DNA of 64,000 nucleotides, taken from positions 4,216 through 68,215 of the forward strand of contig CACKXV010000003.1 of NCBI GenBank assembly GCA_902604225.1. The letters are read 5' to 3'. Shown in pieces: positions 42,669 to 51,349 of the stretch. Within the stretch, counting starts at the first letter, position 1. The number at the start of each line of letters is the position of its first letter. A program made the position numbers and the translations under genes. Source of the DNA: an uncultured Pelagibacteraceae bacterium. Lineage in GTDB: Bacteria; Pseudomonadota; Alphaproteobacteria; Pelagibacterales; AG-422-B15. Below the pieces are notes generated by a model. That model was not told where the DNA came from. It worked only from the letters and a program-made list of their open reading frames with translations, and ran no database searches.

Positions 42669-43295
42669 ATGCATATGAGTAGCGTTTTCAAAAATTATTT
42701 TTCTCATTCAACCGTAATCGGCTTTATCTTGATGGCTGTATTTGGTACATTTTACATATTCAATACTGGTTTTATAAATGAGTATCTAATTTGGTTATTT
42801 ATTCCAATTTTACTTGCTCCATTTTATGAATGGTATGTTCACAAATACCAGCTACATGTTGAGCTTACAAAAAAAGATGGTTGGTATAGAAGATACCAAA
42901 TAGTTCTTCATCATGGACATCATCGAGATCCCGATAATATTAAACTTCAGTTCGCACCTTGGAGATATCTTATTTACACATACGGTCAGGTTTATTTATT
43001 TTATTCATTAATTTTTTGGAGTTTTGGTGCTGCCATGGTTCCATTTACTGGACACCTCATCTATCATCTTTGGTACGAGTGGATTCATCTAGCGCACCAT
43101 TCAAAAAACTATAAACCTTTAACCAAAATTGGTAAAAGTCTTCGTGATGCGCATATGAGTCATCACTTTCATAATGAAAACTATAATTGGGGCATTACAA
43201 ATATGATTGGCGATTATTTTTTCAAAACTCTAAAAGATAATAAATCTATTACTAAAAGTCCTACTACTAAATCAATTAACGGCTATACAGATTAA
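42669..43295 (+). CDS. fatty acid hydroxylase/sterol desaturase family protein
   Basis: His boxes EWYVHKYQLH, HHGHH, YEWIHLAHH, HMSHHF..NYNWG. Confidence 0.88.
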   Translation: MHMSSVFKNYFSHSTVIGFILMAVFGTFYIFNTGFINEYLIWLFIPILLAPFYEWYVHKYQLHVELTKKDGWYRRYQIVLHHGHHRDPDNIKLQFAPWRYLIYTYGQVYLFYSLIFWSFGAAMVPFTGHLIYHLWYEWIHLAHHSKNYKPLTKIGKSLRDAHMSHHFHNENYNWGITNMIGDYFFKTLKDNKSITKSPTTKSINGYTD

Positions 43296-43312
43296 TTTTT
43301 TTTTAATGTCAT

Positions 43313-43357
43313 CCCCACACGGACTTGAACGGCGAACCTATTGATTATAAGTCAATT
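43313..43357 (-). repeat. degenerate direct repeat of the 3' half of tRNA-Thr (att-like)
   Basis: 42/45 identity to 43713-43757, offset exactly 400 bp. Confidence 0.92.
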
Positions 43358-43401
43358 AGTAGATATACTATTAAATTATTATTAAAAATATGGAGAAATA
43401 A

Positions 43402-43674
43402 ATGTTTGTATCTTTTACCGATTGGGAATTTGACGGAAATGTTGAAAATGCCGTTGAAAATATGAAAGGTTTTTGGCCTGAGATGAAGAAGCACGGAGCA
43501 ACTAATATGCGTGCAACAGTCACGGGCGAAAAAACACTTAGAACGATGACTATTTGGAGCAGCGAAGAACAAGTGAAAGCTAATATTGATGAAATTAGAG
43601 CAGCAGCTGGTAAAGCAGTTGGCATGACCACAACAGGTGGAATGATGGGTACAGTCGCAGTTGAGCTTGACTGA
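43402..43674 (+). CDS. 90-aa hypothetical protein (possible ABM-like alpha/beta barrel)
   Basis: GGAG RBS; beta-alpha-beta-beta-alpha-beta pattern with a TIWSSEE motif; fold is inferred. Confidence 0.75.
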   Translation: MFVSFTDWEFDGNVENAVENMKGFWPEMKKHGATNMRATVTGEKTLRTMTIWSSEEQVKANIDEIRAAAGKAVGMTTTGGMMGTVAVELD

Positions 43675-43706
43675 TTAATTAATGAGAAGTATTTTTTGTA
43701 ATTAAG

Positions 43707-43782
43707 TGGTGCCCCCACACGGACTTGAACCGCGAACCTATTGATTACAAATCAATTGCTCTACCAATTGAGCTATAGGGGC
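43707..43782 (-). tRNA. tRNA-Thr (TGT)
   Basis: Reverse complement GCCCCTATAGCTCAATTGGTAGAGCAATTGATTTGTAATCAATAGGTTCGCGGTTCAAGTCCGTGTGGGGGCACCA, 76 nt. Confidence 0.97.
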
Positions 43783-43860
43783 GAAAAAACTTTCAATAAT
43801 TTACTAAACACTGAAAGTTGTAAAAAGTTATAAATTACATACAATTTTTAGTCTATAGAT

Positions 43861-44928
43861 TTAATCTGATATAGTAATCGTAACAGATGGGCGCCCTACA
43901 TCCAGTGTACAGAATTCTGTCCCAGGGCTTGTATCTTCGTCAGCAGTGTATTGTGCAAACTGTGCCCTTAGTCCGCCTGTAACATCAAATGCCATTCTAA
44001 GAGTAGGGGGTGTATCTGATGTTCTTGTATAGGGAGAAGTCAGTTTATAAATCATAACAAGACCTTCATCGGAAGACGATAAACCACCTTGCCAGATAAT
44101 TTGCCTTGTTATTTCATTGCCAGTCCCATCTTCCTGCCACACTCCAGAGTAATCATTATAATAACTATAATTTCCACATGATGAGGTTGTTGTTTTTGTA
44201 TAGCCCGCTGTATCAAGAGGAGGAACTGAAGCAAATTCTAATTCTTGAAAAGTTGTAAAATCTCCCGAGTTACAACCTGCGTTCCAGTCAGGTGTAGCTT
44301 GAGGGTTATCTTGACTATTACCTCTTGCTTCTGACCAAGATGAAGTACTAGCATTTCCAGAGTAATCGTCATTACCAGGTCCATTCAGAAAATATATAGC
44401 TTGCTCACTCGGCGTTCCTGTTGTTGAGCCAAGTGGCGCCGATGATCCGTTTGTATTGGTATTAGAACTGTTTGTTACGCATAGGCTTAAATTTCCATTA
44501 TAATTTGAATTGCTTTGCCATTGAATCGTATCTCCATTCGCATCTTTTGGTTCTACTGATCCTGTCAACCACATTGTTCTGGAAATAGTTGCCTTCATAT
44601 AATTAAAAGTTACATTTTTAGGAATACCGTCTGTACCAGCAGCAGTACAAGCTACAGCCCCTGGAGATACACCCGCTATATCGCATCTGCCATTATCTTC
44701 TGTCACATTTGGTGTAAAAGTAACATCATTTGCTCCATTGCATATTCCTGTCGAAACATCAAAAGACTCGCAGAGTTCCATAGATAGCGGTTTGACTTTG
44801 AATACGGTAGGTGTTCCATAAGCTCCATAAGTCCATGCTTGAGATACATTTGAATTTGCTATGGCATTAGTTAATGCGAATAAAAGAATTGTGACTTTTA
44901 GAAGAAATAATTTTGCAATATGAATCAT
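43861..44928 (-). CDS. secreted hypothetical protein, partner of barrel 2
   Basis: Sec-type signal (..NAIA), 8 Cys, S/T/N/G-rich; motif-level homology to 37397..38257. Confidence 0.8.
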   Translation of the reverse strand: MIHIAKLFLLKVTILLFALTNAIANSNVSQAWTYGAYGTPTVFKVKPLSMELCESFDVSTGICNGANDVTFTPNVTEDNGRCDIAGVSPGAVACTAAGTDGIPKNVTFNYMKATISRTMWLTGSVEPKDANGDTIQWQSNSNYNGNLSLCVTNSSNTNTNGSSAPLGSTTGTPSEQAIYFLNGPGNDDYSGNASTSSWSEARGNSQDNPQATPDWNAGCNSGDFTTFQELEFASVPPLDTAGYTKTTTSSCGNYSYYNDYSGVWQEDGTGNEITRQIIWQGGLSSSDEGLVMIYKLTSPYTRTSDTPPTLRMAFDVTGGLRAQFAQYTADEDTSPGTEFCTLDVGRPSVTITISD

Positions 44929-44930
44929 GT

Positions 44931-45869
44931 TTAGGTGCCTCTGGTTATTATTATTCCACCTTCGCCAGTTTTTTGGGTAATTATACTATTTGTTCTTCTC
45001 ACTTTGCCTAACATTTTATCTGACATATCGACAAGTGGAAAAATATTTTCAGAGACCGTTTCATTGAAAATGGTTGGGGTTGATTTGTCATTAGGCCACT
45101 TAAAAGTTAGCTTATAAAAATCTTCATCATTTGAACTATTATCAATATCATTTCTTCCATACTCAAAAATAATACCCTGATGCAGGTTAGCTTCAAGTGA
45201 CATTCTGTTGCCTTCTAAATCTGCTCCTTGTCTGTCCCAACTGTAACCAGTATAAACAATTTTAGCCCAAGGTAGATAAGGAGCGGTTCCCACAATTGAG
45301 TAATCATAGCCATTAACAACTTCTTCGAGAATAGTTGAAGATCCAGAAGTATAACTCACTCTTTCGGACAAACGGTCGTAAACATTTGCATAAAGTTGAA
45401 AATTATTAGCTAAATACTCAATACCAATACTTCCTCTTTGATGACCTTCATCAAATTCATAATCGTGAAAAATATTTACTCCTAAGACTGCACTATTCTT
45501 ATTTGTCAATGCTCTAAAGCCAAGTCCTGCATTTAAGACAGTTCTTTCATCGCCATTAGCAAATGGTTCCTGGTTACCTATTCGTAACTGAGTAAAATAT
45601 AAATGTTTATCATTTAGTTGATCATACGGATTTATAACAATTGGTCTCACAACAAGAGCTGAGTACTTCAAGTCATAATTATCTTGTTCCGAAATTGTTA
45701 TTTCAGTAACACCTTCACCGGGAATCAGTTCAGATATTGAGTTGCCTATGCCTGCAAGGCCTTGAGATAGTTTATCGTCAATAATTTTACTAAGTGTATC
45801 ATTAGCACTTACTGCAAAAGCAGATGATAAAAATAGGAATAGGATAGTTAACTTTCTAAATAAAGACAT
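44931..45869 (-). CDS. inverse autotransporter (intimin/invasin-type) beta-barrel without passenger, copy 2
   Basis: Signal peptide; VLNAGLGFR, GVNIFHDY, HQRGSIGIEY, ANVY, EEVVNGYD, PYLPWA; ends shortly after KMLGKVRRTNSI. Confidence 0.87.
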   Translation of the reverse strand: MSLFRKLTILFLFLSSAFAVSANDTLSKIIDDKLSQGLAGIGNSISELIPGEGVTEITISEQDNYDLKYSALVVRPIVINPYDQLNDKHLYFTQLRIGNQEPFANGDERTVLNAGLGFRALTNKNSAVLGVNIFHDYEFDEGHQRGSIGIEYLANNFQLYANVYDRLSERVSYTSGSSTILEEVVNGYDYSIVGTAPYLPWAKIVYTGYSWDRQGADLEGNRMSLEANLHQGIIFEYGRNDIDNSSNDEDFYKLTFKWPNDKSTPTIFNETVSENIFPLVDMSDKMLGKVRRTNSIITQKTGEGGIIITRGT

Positions 45870-45991
45870 AGTTAAAAATATACATAATTATTTATTAAAT
45901 TCCATGAATTATAATGATGAATTACAGCTAAATAATAGCTTTTTTTTATAAATTATATACCCTTTTGGTAAATATGAATTATTATATTTTC

Positions 45992-46090
45992 ATGAAAAAA
46001 TTTTTAGATTTCATAGGTGGTCAGATTGCTCTCGCATACCTAATTGTTTTTTTTATACTTGTGATTGCAATGATCTCTCTAGCTATTTAA
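45992..46090 (+). CDS. putative 32-aa single-TM small protein
   Basis: MKKFLDFIGGQIALAYLIVFFILVIAMISLAI; in-frame upstream ATG at 45974; stop 8 nt from the convergent rlmB stop. Confidence 0.5.
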   Translation: MKKFLDFIGGQIALAYLIVFFILVIAMISLAI

Positions 46091-46098
46091 ATTAAAAG

Positions 46099-46872
46099 CT
46101 AGTCAATCATACTTTTGGATACATGAAAAAATGCAATAGCGGCTGTATTGGATACATTTAAACTTTCGATAGCATCATTCATCTCTATTTTGACAATCTC
46201 GTCGCAAAGAGAAGAAGTAATATTTCTTATTCCTCGATGTTCTGATCCCAATACAACTACAACTTTTTTTGGGTAATTAATCTGGTCAATTGTTTTACTG
46301 GTATTTACATCTAAACCATAGATCCAATACCCAGAGTCTTTGAGAATTTTGATACTGGAGCTTATATTTTTTATTTTTGCAAATGGTAATTTATCGATCC
46401 CCCCCGATGCTGCTTTTGTCAAAAACGCATTTTCATTAACTGAGTTACTTTCTGTCATGATAACGCCATTTAAATTAAATGCTAAAGCTGACCTAAATAT
46501 TGCCCCAACATTTTGAGGGTCTTCTAGTTGGTCTAGTAATACAATTAACGATTTTTCAGATTTTATCTTACTAATTAGCTCCTTTAATTCTTGATTAGCA
46601 ATTTTGTTTGCCCTGAGACATATTCCTTGATGGTTAGACTTGTCTCCTAATAAATTTTCAATTTCATCACGATTTTTTATCTTTTTTATAAGCTTCAAAT
46701 CTTGGAGATTTACCTCTTTTTCTAACTTCTTTTTTGCCTCGGCAGTAAAGACAATTTCATATTTCTCTCTTTTTTTATTCACTAAGGCCGCAACCACAGC
46801 ATGATGGCCATAAATCCAATACTCAGAATTTTGCCTTTTTTTAAGGGGTTTTTTTAATTTATTTCTCATCAA
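46099..46872 (-). CDS. rlmB: 23S rRNA Gm2251 methyltransferase (TrmH family)
   Basis: IYGHHAV, HQGI, LDQLEDPQNVGAIFRSA, LGSE, ESLNVS. Confidence 0.9.
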   Translation of the reverse strand: MMRNKLKKPLKKRQNSEYWIYGHHAVVAALVNKKREKYEIVFTAEAKKKLEKEVNLQDLKLIKKIKNRDEIENLLGDKSNHQGICLRANKIANQELKELISKIKSEKSLIVLLDQLEDPQNVGAIFRSALAFNLNGVIMTESNSVNENAFLTKAASGGIDKLPFAKIKNISSSIKILKDSGYWIYGLDVNTSKTIDQINYPKKVVVVLGSEHRGIRNITSSLCDEIVKIEMNDAIESLNVSNTAAIAFFHVSKSMID

Positions 46873-47020
46873 TGGATAAATTTATCATTTAAAATAATTT
46901 TGGGTCAAAAATATTAATATTTATTGATTTAGGGTCTTTTTTTACATATAAGTCACCCCTTAAGGTTCTATAGACTATGTCTAGGGAAACTTATCTTGAG
47001 ATGTTGAAAAAACTATCTCG

Positions 47021-47105
47021 GGAGGGGTGCCCGAGTGGTTAAAGGGGACGGGCTGTAAACCCGTTAGCTATGCTTACGTTGGTTCGAATCCAACCCCCTC
47101 CACCA
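47021..47105 (+). tRNA. tRNA-Tyr (GTA)
   Basis: GGAGGGG/CCCCTCC acceptor stem, loop CTGTAAA, long variable arm, CCA end. Confidence 0.97.
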
Positions 47106-47139
47106 CAGAAAGGTACCTTAGGGTAGCTTGAAGGAATAA

Positions 47140-47213
47140 GCGGGTGTAGCTTAGTGGTAAAGCTCCAGCCTTCCAAGCTGATTACGAGGGTTCGATTCCC
47201 TTCACCCGCTCCA
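47140..47213 (+). tRNA. tRNA-Gly (TCC)
   Basis: GCGGGTG/CACCCGC acceptor stem, loop CTTCCAA, CCA end. Confidence 0.97.
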
Positions 47214-47249
47214 AAAATTAAAGTTGTTAAAAACTGAGAGGACAAAAAA

Positions 47250-48440
47250 ATGGCTAAAGAAAAATTCGATCGTAGTAAACCGCACTGCAATGTTGGAACT
47301 ATTGGTCACGTGGATCACGGTAAAACTACTTTGACCGCAGCAATCACAAAAGTATTATCTGAGTCTGGTGGTGCAGAATTCACCGCATACGATGCAATTG
47401 ATAAAGCTCCAGAGGAAAAAGAGCGTGGAATTACAATTTCTACAGCACACGTAGAATATACAACTGATGCAAGGCACTATGCTCACGTAGACTGCCCAGG
47501 GCACGCCGATTATGTTAAGAATATGATAACAGGAGCGGCTCAAATGGACGGAGCCATTTTAGTTGTTAATGCAGCTGACGGTCCAATGCCACAAACTCGT
47601 GAACACATTTTGTTAGCACGTCAAGTTGGTGTTCCAGCAATTGTTGTTTATCTAAACAAAGTTGATCAGGTTGATGATGCGGAACTGCTTGAGCTTGTTG
47701 AGGTTGAAATAAGAGATATACTTAATGAATATGATTTTCCTGGTGATACAACTCCAATAATAAAAGGATCAGCATTAGCTGCAGTTGAGAGCAGAGATGA
47801 TGAGATTGGTAAAAATTCTATTGCAGAGTTAATGAAAGCTGTTGATGAATTTATTCCACAACCAGAGAGAGATAAGGATAAGCCATTCCTTATGCCAATT
47901 GAGGATGTATTTTCAATTTCTGGAAGAGGTACAGTTTGTACGGGTAGGGTAGAAAGTGGAATTGTTAAAGTTGGAGAAGAGCTTGAGATCGTTGGCATTA
48001 AAGATACTCAAAAAACTACTTGCACTGGTGTAGAGATGTTCAGAAAGCTTCTAGATACTGGAGAGGCTGGGGATAATATCGGTGCTCTTTTAAGAGGTGT
48101 TGAGAGAGATCAAGTTGAGAGAGGCCAAGTACTTGCGCATCCTGGAACTATTACTCCTCATACAAAGTTTAAATGTGAAGCTTATGTTCTAAAAAAAGAA
48201 GAGGGTGGAAGACATACACCTTTCTTTACAAACTACAGACCTCAGTTCTACTTCAGAACAACTGATGTAACTGGCGTTTGTCAGCTTCCTGAAGGCACTG
48301 AAATGGTTATGCCGGGAGACAATATTTCAATGGAAGTTGAAATGATTGCTCCAATTGCGATGGATAAAGGAGTGCGCTTTGCGATAAGAGAAGGTGGCCG
48401 TACGGTTGGCTCTGGTGTTGTAACGGAAATTATTTCATAA
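47250..48440 (+). CDS. tuf: elongation factor Tu
   Basis: [29 protein letters not shown]. Confidence 0.99.
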   Translation: MAKEKFDRSKPHCNVGTIGHVDHGKTTLTAAITKVLSESGGAEFTAYDAIDKAPEEKERGITISTAHVEYTTDARHYAHVDCPGHADYVKNMITGAAQMDGAILVVNAADGPMPQTREHILLARQVGVPAIVVYLNKVDQVDDAELLELVEVEIRDILNEYDFPGDTTPIIKGSALAAVESRDDEIGKNSIAELMKAVDEFIPQPERDKDKPFLMPIEDVFSISGRGTVCTGRVESGIVKVGEELEIVGIKDTQKTTCTGVEMFRKLLDTGEAGDNIGALLRGVERDQVERGQVLAHPGTITPHTKFKCEAYVLKKEEGGRHTPFFTNYRPQFYFRTTDVTGVCQLPEGTEMVMPGDNISMEVEMIAPIAMDKGVRFAIREGGRTVGSGVVTEIIS

Positions 48441-48444
48441 CTGG

Positions 48445-48520
48445 AGGAGTGTAGCTCAACTGGTAGAGCACCGGTCTCCAAAACCGGGGGTTGGGGGTTC
48501 GAGTCCCTTCGCTCCTGCCA
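48445..48520 (+). tRNA. tRNA-Trp (CCA)
   Basis: AGGAGTG/CGCTCCT acceptor stem, loop CTCCAAA, CCA end. Confidence 0.97.
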
Positions 48521-48535
48521 CTTAAGAAAAAAATT

Positions 48536-48724
48536 ATGAAACCTTTGAAGTTTATACAAGAAGTGAGGAGAGAAGGGGGCAAAGTAACATGGCCTTCTTC
48601 AAGAGAGACACTTACTGGATCAGTGATGGTAGTAATTATTACTGCGTTTGCTGCAGTATTTTTCCTGATTATAGATCAAATTTTTAGTTTTGGTCTAGAT
48701 AGACTGATTGGACTTGCTGTTTAA
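48536..48724 (+). CDS. secE: preprotein translocase subunit SecE
   Basis: FIQEVRREGGKVTWPSSRE plus one TM; ATG at 48536, after tRNA-Trp. Confidence 0.95.
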   Translation: MKPLKFIQEVRREGGKVTWPSSRETLTGSVMVVIITAFAAVFFLIIDQIFSFGLDRLIGLAV

Positions 48725-49258
48725 ATGACTCATAAATGGTATATCGTGCATGCTTACTCTGGTTTTGAAAAAAAAGTAGCCGCAGCAATACGAGATAAGG
48801 CTAAAACTAAAAATATAGAGGCATCATTTAGTGAGATCATTGTTCCTACTGAGGAGGTTGTAGAGGTCAAAAAAGGCAAGAAGCGAAATGCTGAAAGAAA
48901 GTTTTTCCCTGGTTATGTGTTAACAAAGATGGAAATGACTGATGAGACATATCATATGGTCAAGGCGCTACCAAAGGTCAGTGGTTTTTTAGGGCACACA
49001 CAAGGAAAGCCCTCAGCAGTAGCTGAAAGTGAGATAAATAAGATTTTACAAGACATAGAAGAAGGTGTAACTAGTCCAAAACCTTCTATTACATTTGAGG
49101 TGGGCGAACAAGTTAGAGTAAGTGATGGACCTTTTGCCTCATTTAATGGATTAGTTGAGGAAATTGATGAGGAAAGATCTAGGGTTAAAGTTTCTGTTTC
49201 AATTTTTGGGAGATCTACACCAGTAGAACTTGAATATACACAGGTAGAAAAGGCATAA
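48725..49258 (+). CDS. nusG: transcription factor NusG
   Basis: [20 protein letters not shown] motif [15 protein letters not shown]. Confidence 0.98.
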   Translation: MTHKWYIVHAYSGFEKKVAAAIRDKAKTKNIEASFSEIIVPTEEVVEVKKGKKRNAERKFFPGYVLTKMEMTDETYHMVKALPKVSGFLGHTQGKPSAVAESEINKILQDIEEGVTSPKPSITFEVGEQVRVSDGPFASFNGLVEEIDEERSRVKVSVSIFGRSTPVELEYTQVEKA

Positions 49259-49259
49259 A

Positions 49260-49688
49260 ATGGCAAAAGAAGTTGAAGGAAAATTAAAGTTACAAGTCCC
49301 AGCCGGGCAAGCAAATCCATCTCCACCAGTAGGACCAGCTCTTGGACAAAGGGGCATTAACATTATGGACTTCTGTAAGGTATTTAATGAAAAAAGTAAG
49401 GGAGAGCAGCCTGGTGTAATGTTGCCTGTTGTGGTTACATATAACACTGACAAAAGCTTTAGTATTGAAATCAAGTTACCTCCTGCATCATTTTTTATTA
49501 AGGAAGCGTTGAAAATAAAAAAAGGATCTAAAGAACCTGGTAGAGATATGATTTCAACTATTTCTATGTCACAATGTAGAGATATTGCAGAAAAAAAATT
49601 AAAAGATCTTAATGCAAATACAATAGAGCAAGGTACAAAAATAATTATAGGTTCTGCAAAATCGATGGGCATTGAGGTAACTGGCTAA
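49260..49688 (+). CDS. rplK: 50S ribosomal protein L11
   Basis: [23 protein letters not shown]. Confidence 0.98.
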   Translation: MAKEVEGKLKLQVPAGQANPSPPVGPALGQRGINIMDFCKVFNEKSKGEQPGVMLPVVVTYNTDKSFSIEIKLPPASFFIKEALKIKKGSKEPGRDMISTISMSQCRDIAEKKLKDLNANTIEQGTKIIIGSAKSMGIEVTG

Positions 49689-50371
49689 TGAGTAAAAGAA
49701 TGAAAGACATTTTGAGTCAAAGTGATTTTTCAAAATCATACAATTTAGATGATGCAATTGATCTAGCAATGAAATCTTCAACCACTAAATTTGATGAAAC
49801 AATTGATATATGTATGAATTTGAATATTGATCCAAAAAATGGTGAGCAAAATGTTAGGGGTAAGTTAAAATTACCAAAGAGTTTAGGAAAACAAGTCAAG
49901 GTTTGCGTAATTGTTCCCGAAGACAAGCAGCAAGAAGCAAAGGATGCTGGAGCTGATATAGTAGGATCTGACGAACTCGTTCAAAAAGTTGAAGGAGGTT
50001 TTACCGATTTTGATAGATGTATTGCTTCGCCGGATATGATGTCAAAAGTCGGAAAATTAGGAAAGGTTCTGGGTCCAAGAAATTTAATGCCGAATCCAAA
50101 GCTGGGAACTGTTACAAATGACATAAAGCAAGCAATTGATGATGCGAAAGCAGGAGAAATTGAATATAAAAGCAACGAGACTCTAATACAGGCAGGCATA
50201 GCAAAATCAAGTTTTGCAAAGGAAGATATTAAAAAGAATATAGAATTTTTTATTGAGATGATTTCAAAAGATCGACCGTCTGGTATTAAAGGTGATTTTG
50301 TAAAAAAAATTTTTATAAGTCCAACAATGGGACCAGGTGTTAATATAGATATAAATATCATAAATGGATAA
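49688..50371 (+). CDS. rplA: 50S ribosomal protein L1
   Basis: KFDETID, LGPRNLMPNPKLGTVT, TMGPG. Confidence 0.97.
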   Translation: MSKRMKDILSQSDFSKSYNLDDAIDLAMKSSTTKFDETIDICMNLNIDPKNGEQNVRGKLKLPKSLGKQVKVCVIVPEDKQQEAKDAGADIVGSDELVQKVEGGFTDFDRCIASPDMMSKVGKLGKVLGPRNLMPNPKLGTVTNDIKQAIDDAKAGEIEYKSNETLIQAGIAKSSFAKEDIKKNIEFFIEMISKDRPSGIKGDFVKKIFISPTMGPGVNIDINIING

Positions 50372-50374
50372 ATT

Positions 50375-50881
50375 ATGAAGAGAGAGCAAAAAGAAATTTT
50401 CATCAAAAATATAAAGACTATTATAGGAGAGAATAGTTTAATTCTTGTTTTTCATTATAGAGGCATGTCTATGAATGAGATGACAGATTTAAGAGTTCAA
50501 TCATTCAATACTGGCTGTAATATAAAAGTTACAAATAATAGACTCGCCAAATTAGCACTAAAGGAAACTGACAAGGTTGAATTATCTGACTTATTCGATG
50601 GTCCTACAGCTATAGCATACTCCAATGATCCCGCATCGTTAACTAAGCTAGTTGTAGATTTTGCGAAGAATAACAACAACTTAGTTATCTTGGGTGGAAT
50701 AATGGATAATGAAATTTTAAGTGTTGAAAAAATTGAAATTTTATCTAAATTGCCATCTCTCGAGGAAATAAGGGCACAATTAATAGGTTTGATTAGTTCA
50801 CCTGCGCAGAAGATAGCATCAGTATTGACTGCACCGTCAGGTGGCTTAGCAAGAGTATTTAACGCGTATAGTTCAAAATAA
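50375..50881 (+). CDS. rplJ: 50S ribosomal protein L10
   Basis: KVTNNRLAKLAL, GPTAIA, LSKLPS; position in cluster. Confidence 0.96.
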   Translation: MKREQKEIFIKNIKTIIGENSLILVFHYRGMSMNEMTDLRVQSFNTGCNIKVTNNRLAKLALKETDKVELSDLFDGPTAIAYSNDPASLTKLVVDFAKNNNNLVILGGIMDNEILSVEKIEILSKLPSLEEIRAQLIGLISSPAQKIASVLTAPSGGLARVFNAYSSK

Positions 50882-50906
50882 TATTTAATTATGAAAGGGA
50901 ATAAAA

Positions 50907-51284
50907 ATGGCTGACCTCCAACAAATAGTTGATCAACTATCTGATCTAACAGTTATAGAAGCTGCAGAGCTTTCAAAGTTATTAGAAGAAAAGTGGGGAG
51001 TATCTGCTGCAGCACCCGTTGCTGTAGCCGCTACAGGAACTGCACCAACAGGTGAGTCTGCAGAAGAGGAAAAGGATGAATTCACAATAGTTCTAGCTGC
51101 CGCTGGAGACAAAAAAATTAATGTAATTAAAGAAGTAAGAACTATTACTGGTTTAGGTTTAAAGGAAGCAAAAGATTTGGTTGAAGGCGCTCCAAAGGAA
51201 TTAAAGACAGGCGTTTCAAAAGATGAAGCTAACGAGTTCAAGGAAAAACTTGAAGCTGCTGGCGCAACAGTAGAACTTAAATAA
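50907..51284 (+). CDS. rplL: 50S ribosomal protein L7/L12
   Basis: [32 protein letters not shown]. Confidence 0.98.
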   Translation: MADLQQIVDQLSDLTVIEAAELSKLLEEKWGVSAAAPVAVAATGTAPTGESAEEEKDEFTIVLAAAGDKKINVIKEVRTITGLGLKEAKDLVEGAPKELKTGVSKDEANEFKEKLEAAGATVELK

Positions 51285-51302
51285 ATATAAATAATATTTT
51301 AC

Positions 51303-51329
51303 TTAATAGCTTGTTAAGTGAGCTATTAA
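51303..51329. repeat. hairpin in the rplL-rpoB spacer
   Basis: TTAATAGCT-N9-AGCTATTAA just upstream of the rpoB RBS. Confidence 0.55.
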
Positions 51330-51349
51330 TAATAGGTGAGTATATATTA

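Noticed and set aside
43307..43360. tRNA fragment with a TAT anticodon as a functional tRNA-Ile
   Set aside because: No D-arm or 5' acceptor strand, no CCA and a T-stem mismatch; better explained as an att-like repeat.
43788..43819. 8-bp inverted repeat AACTTTCA/TGAAAGTT just 5' of tRNA-Thr as the cassette-2 terminator
   Set aside because: AT-rich stem with a 16-nt loop; too weak to call, and it overlaps a plausible tRNA promoter.
47039..47290. 83-aa minus-strand ORF (also 48281-48559, and the 48491 extended secE start)
   Set aside because: They overlap tRNA-Tyr, tRNA-Gly or tRNA-Trp genes.
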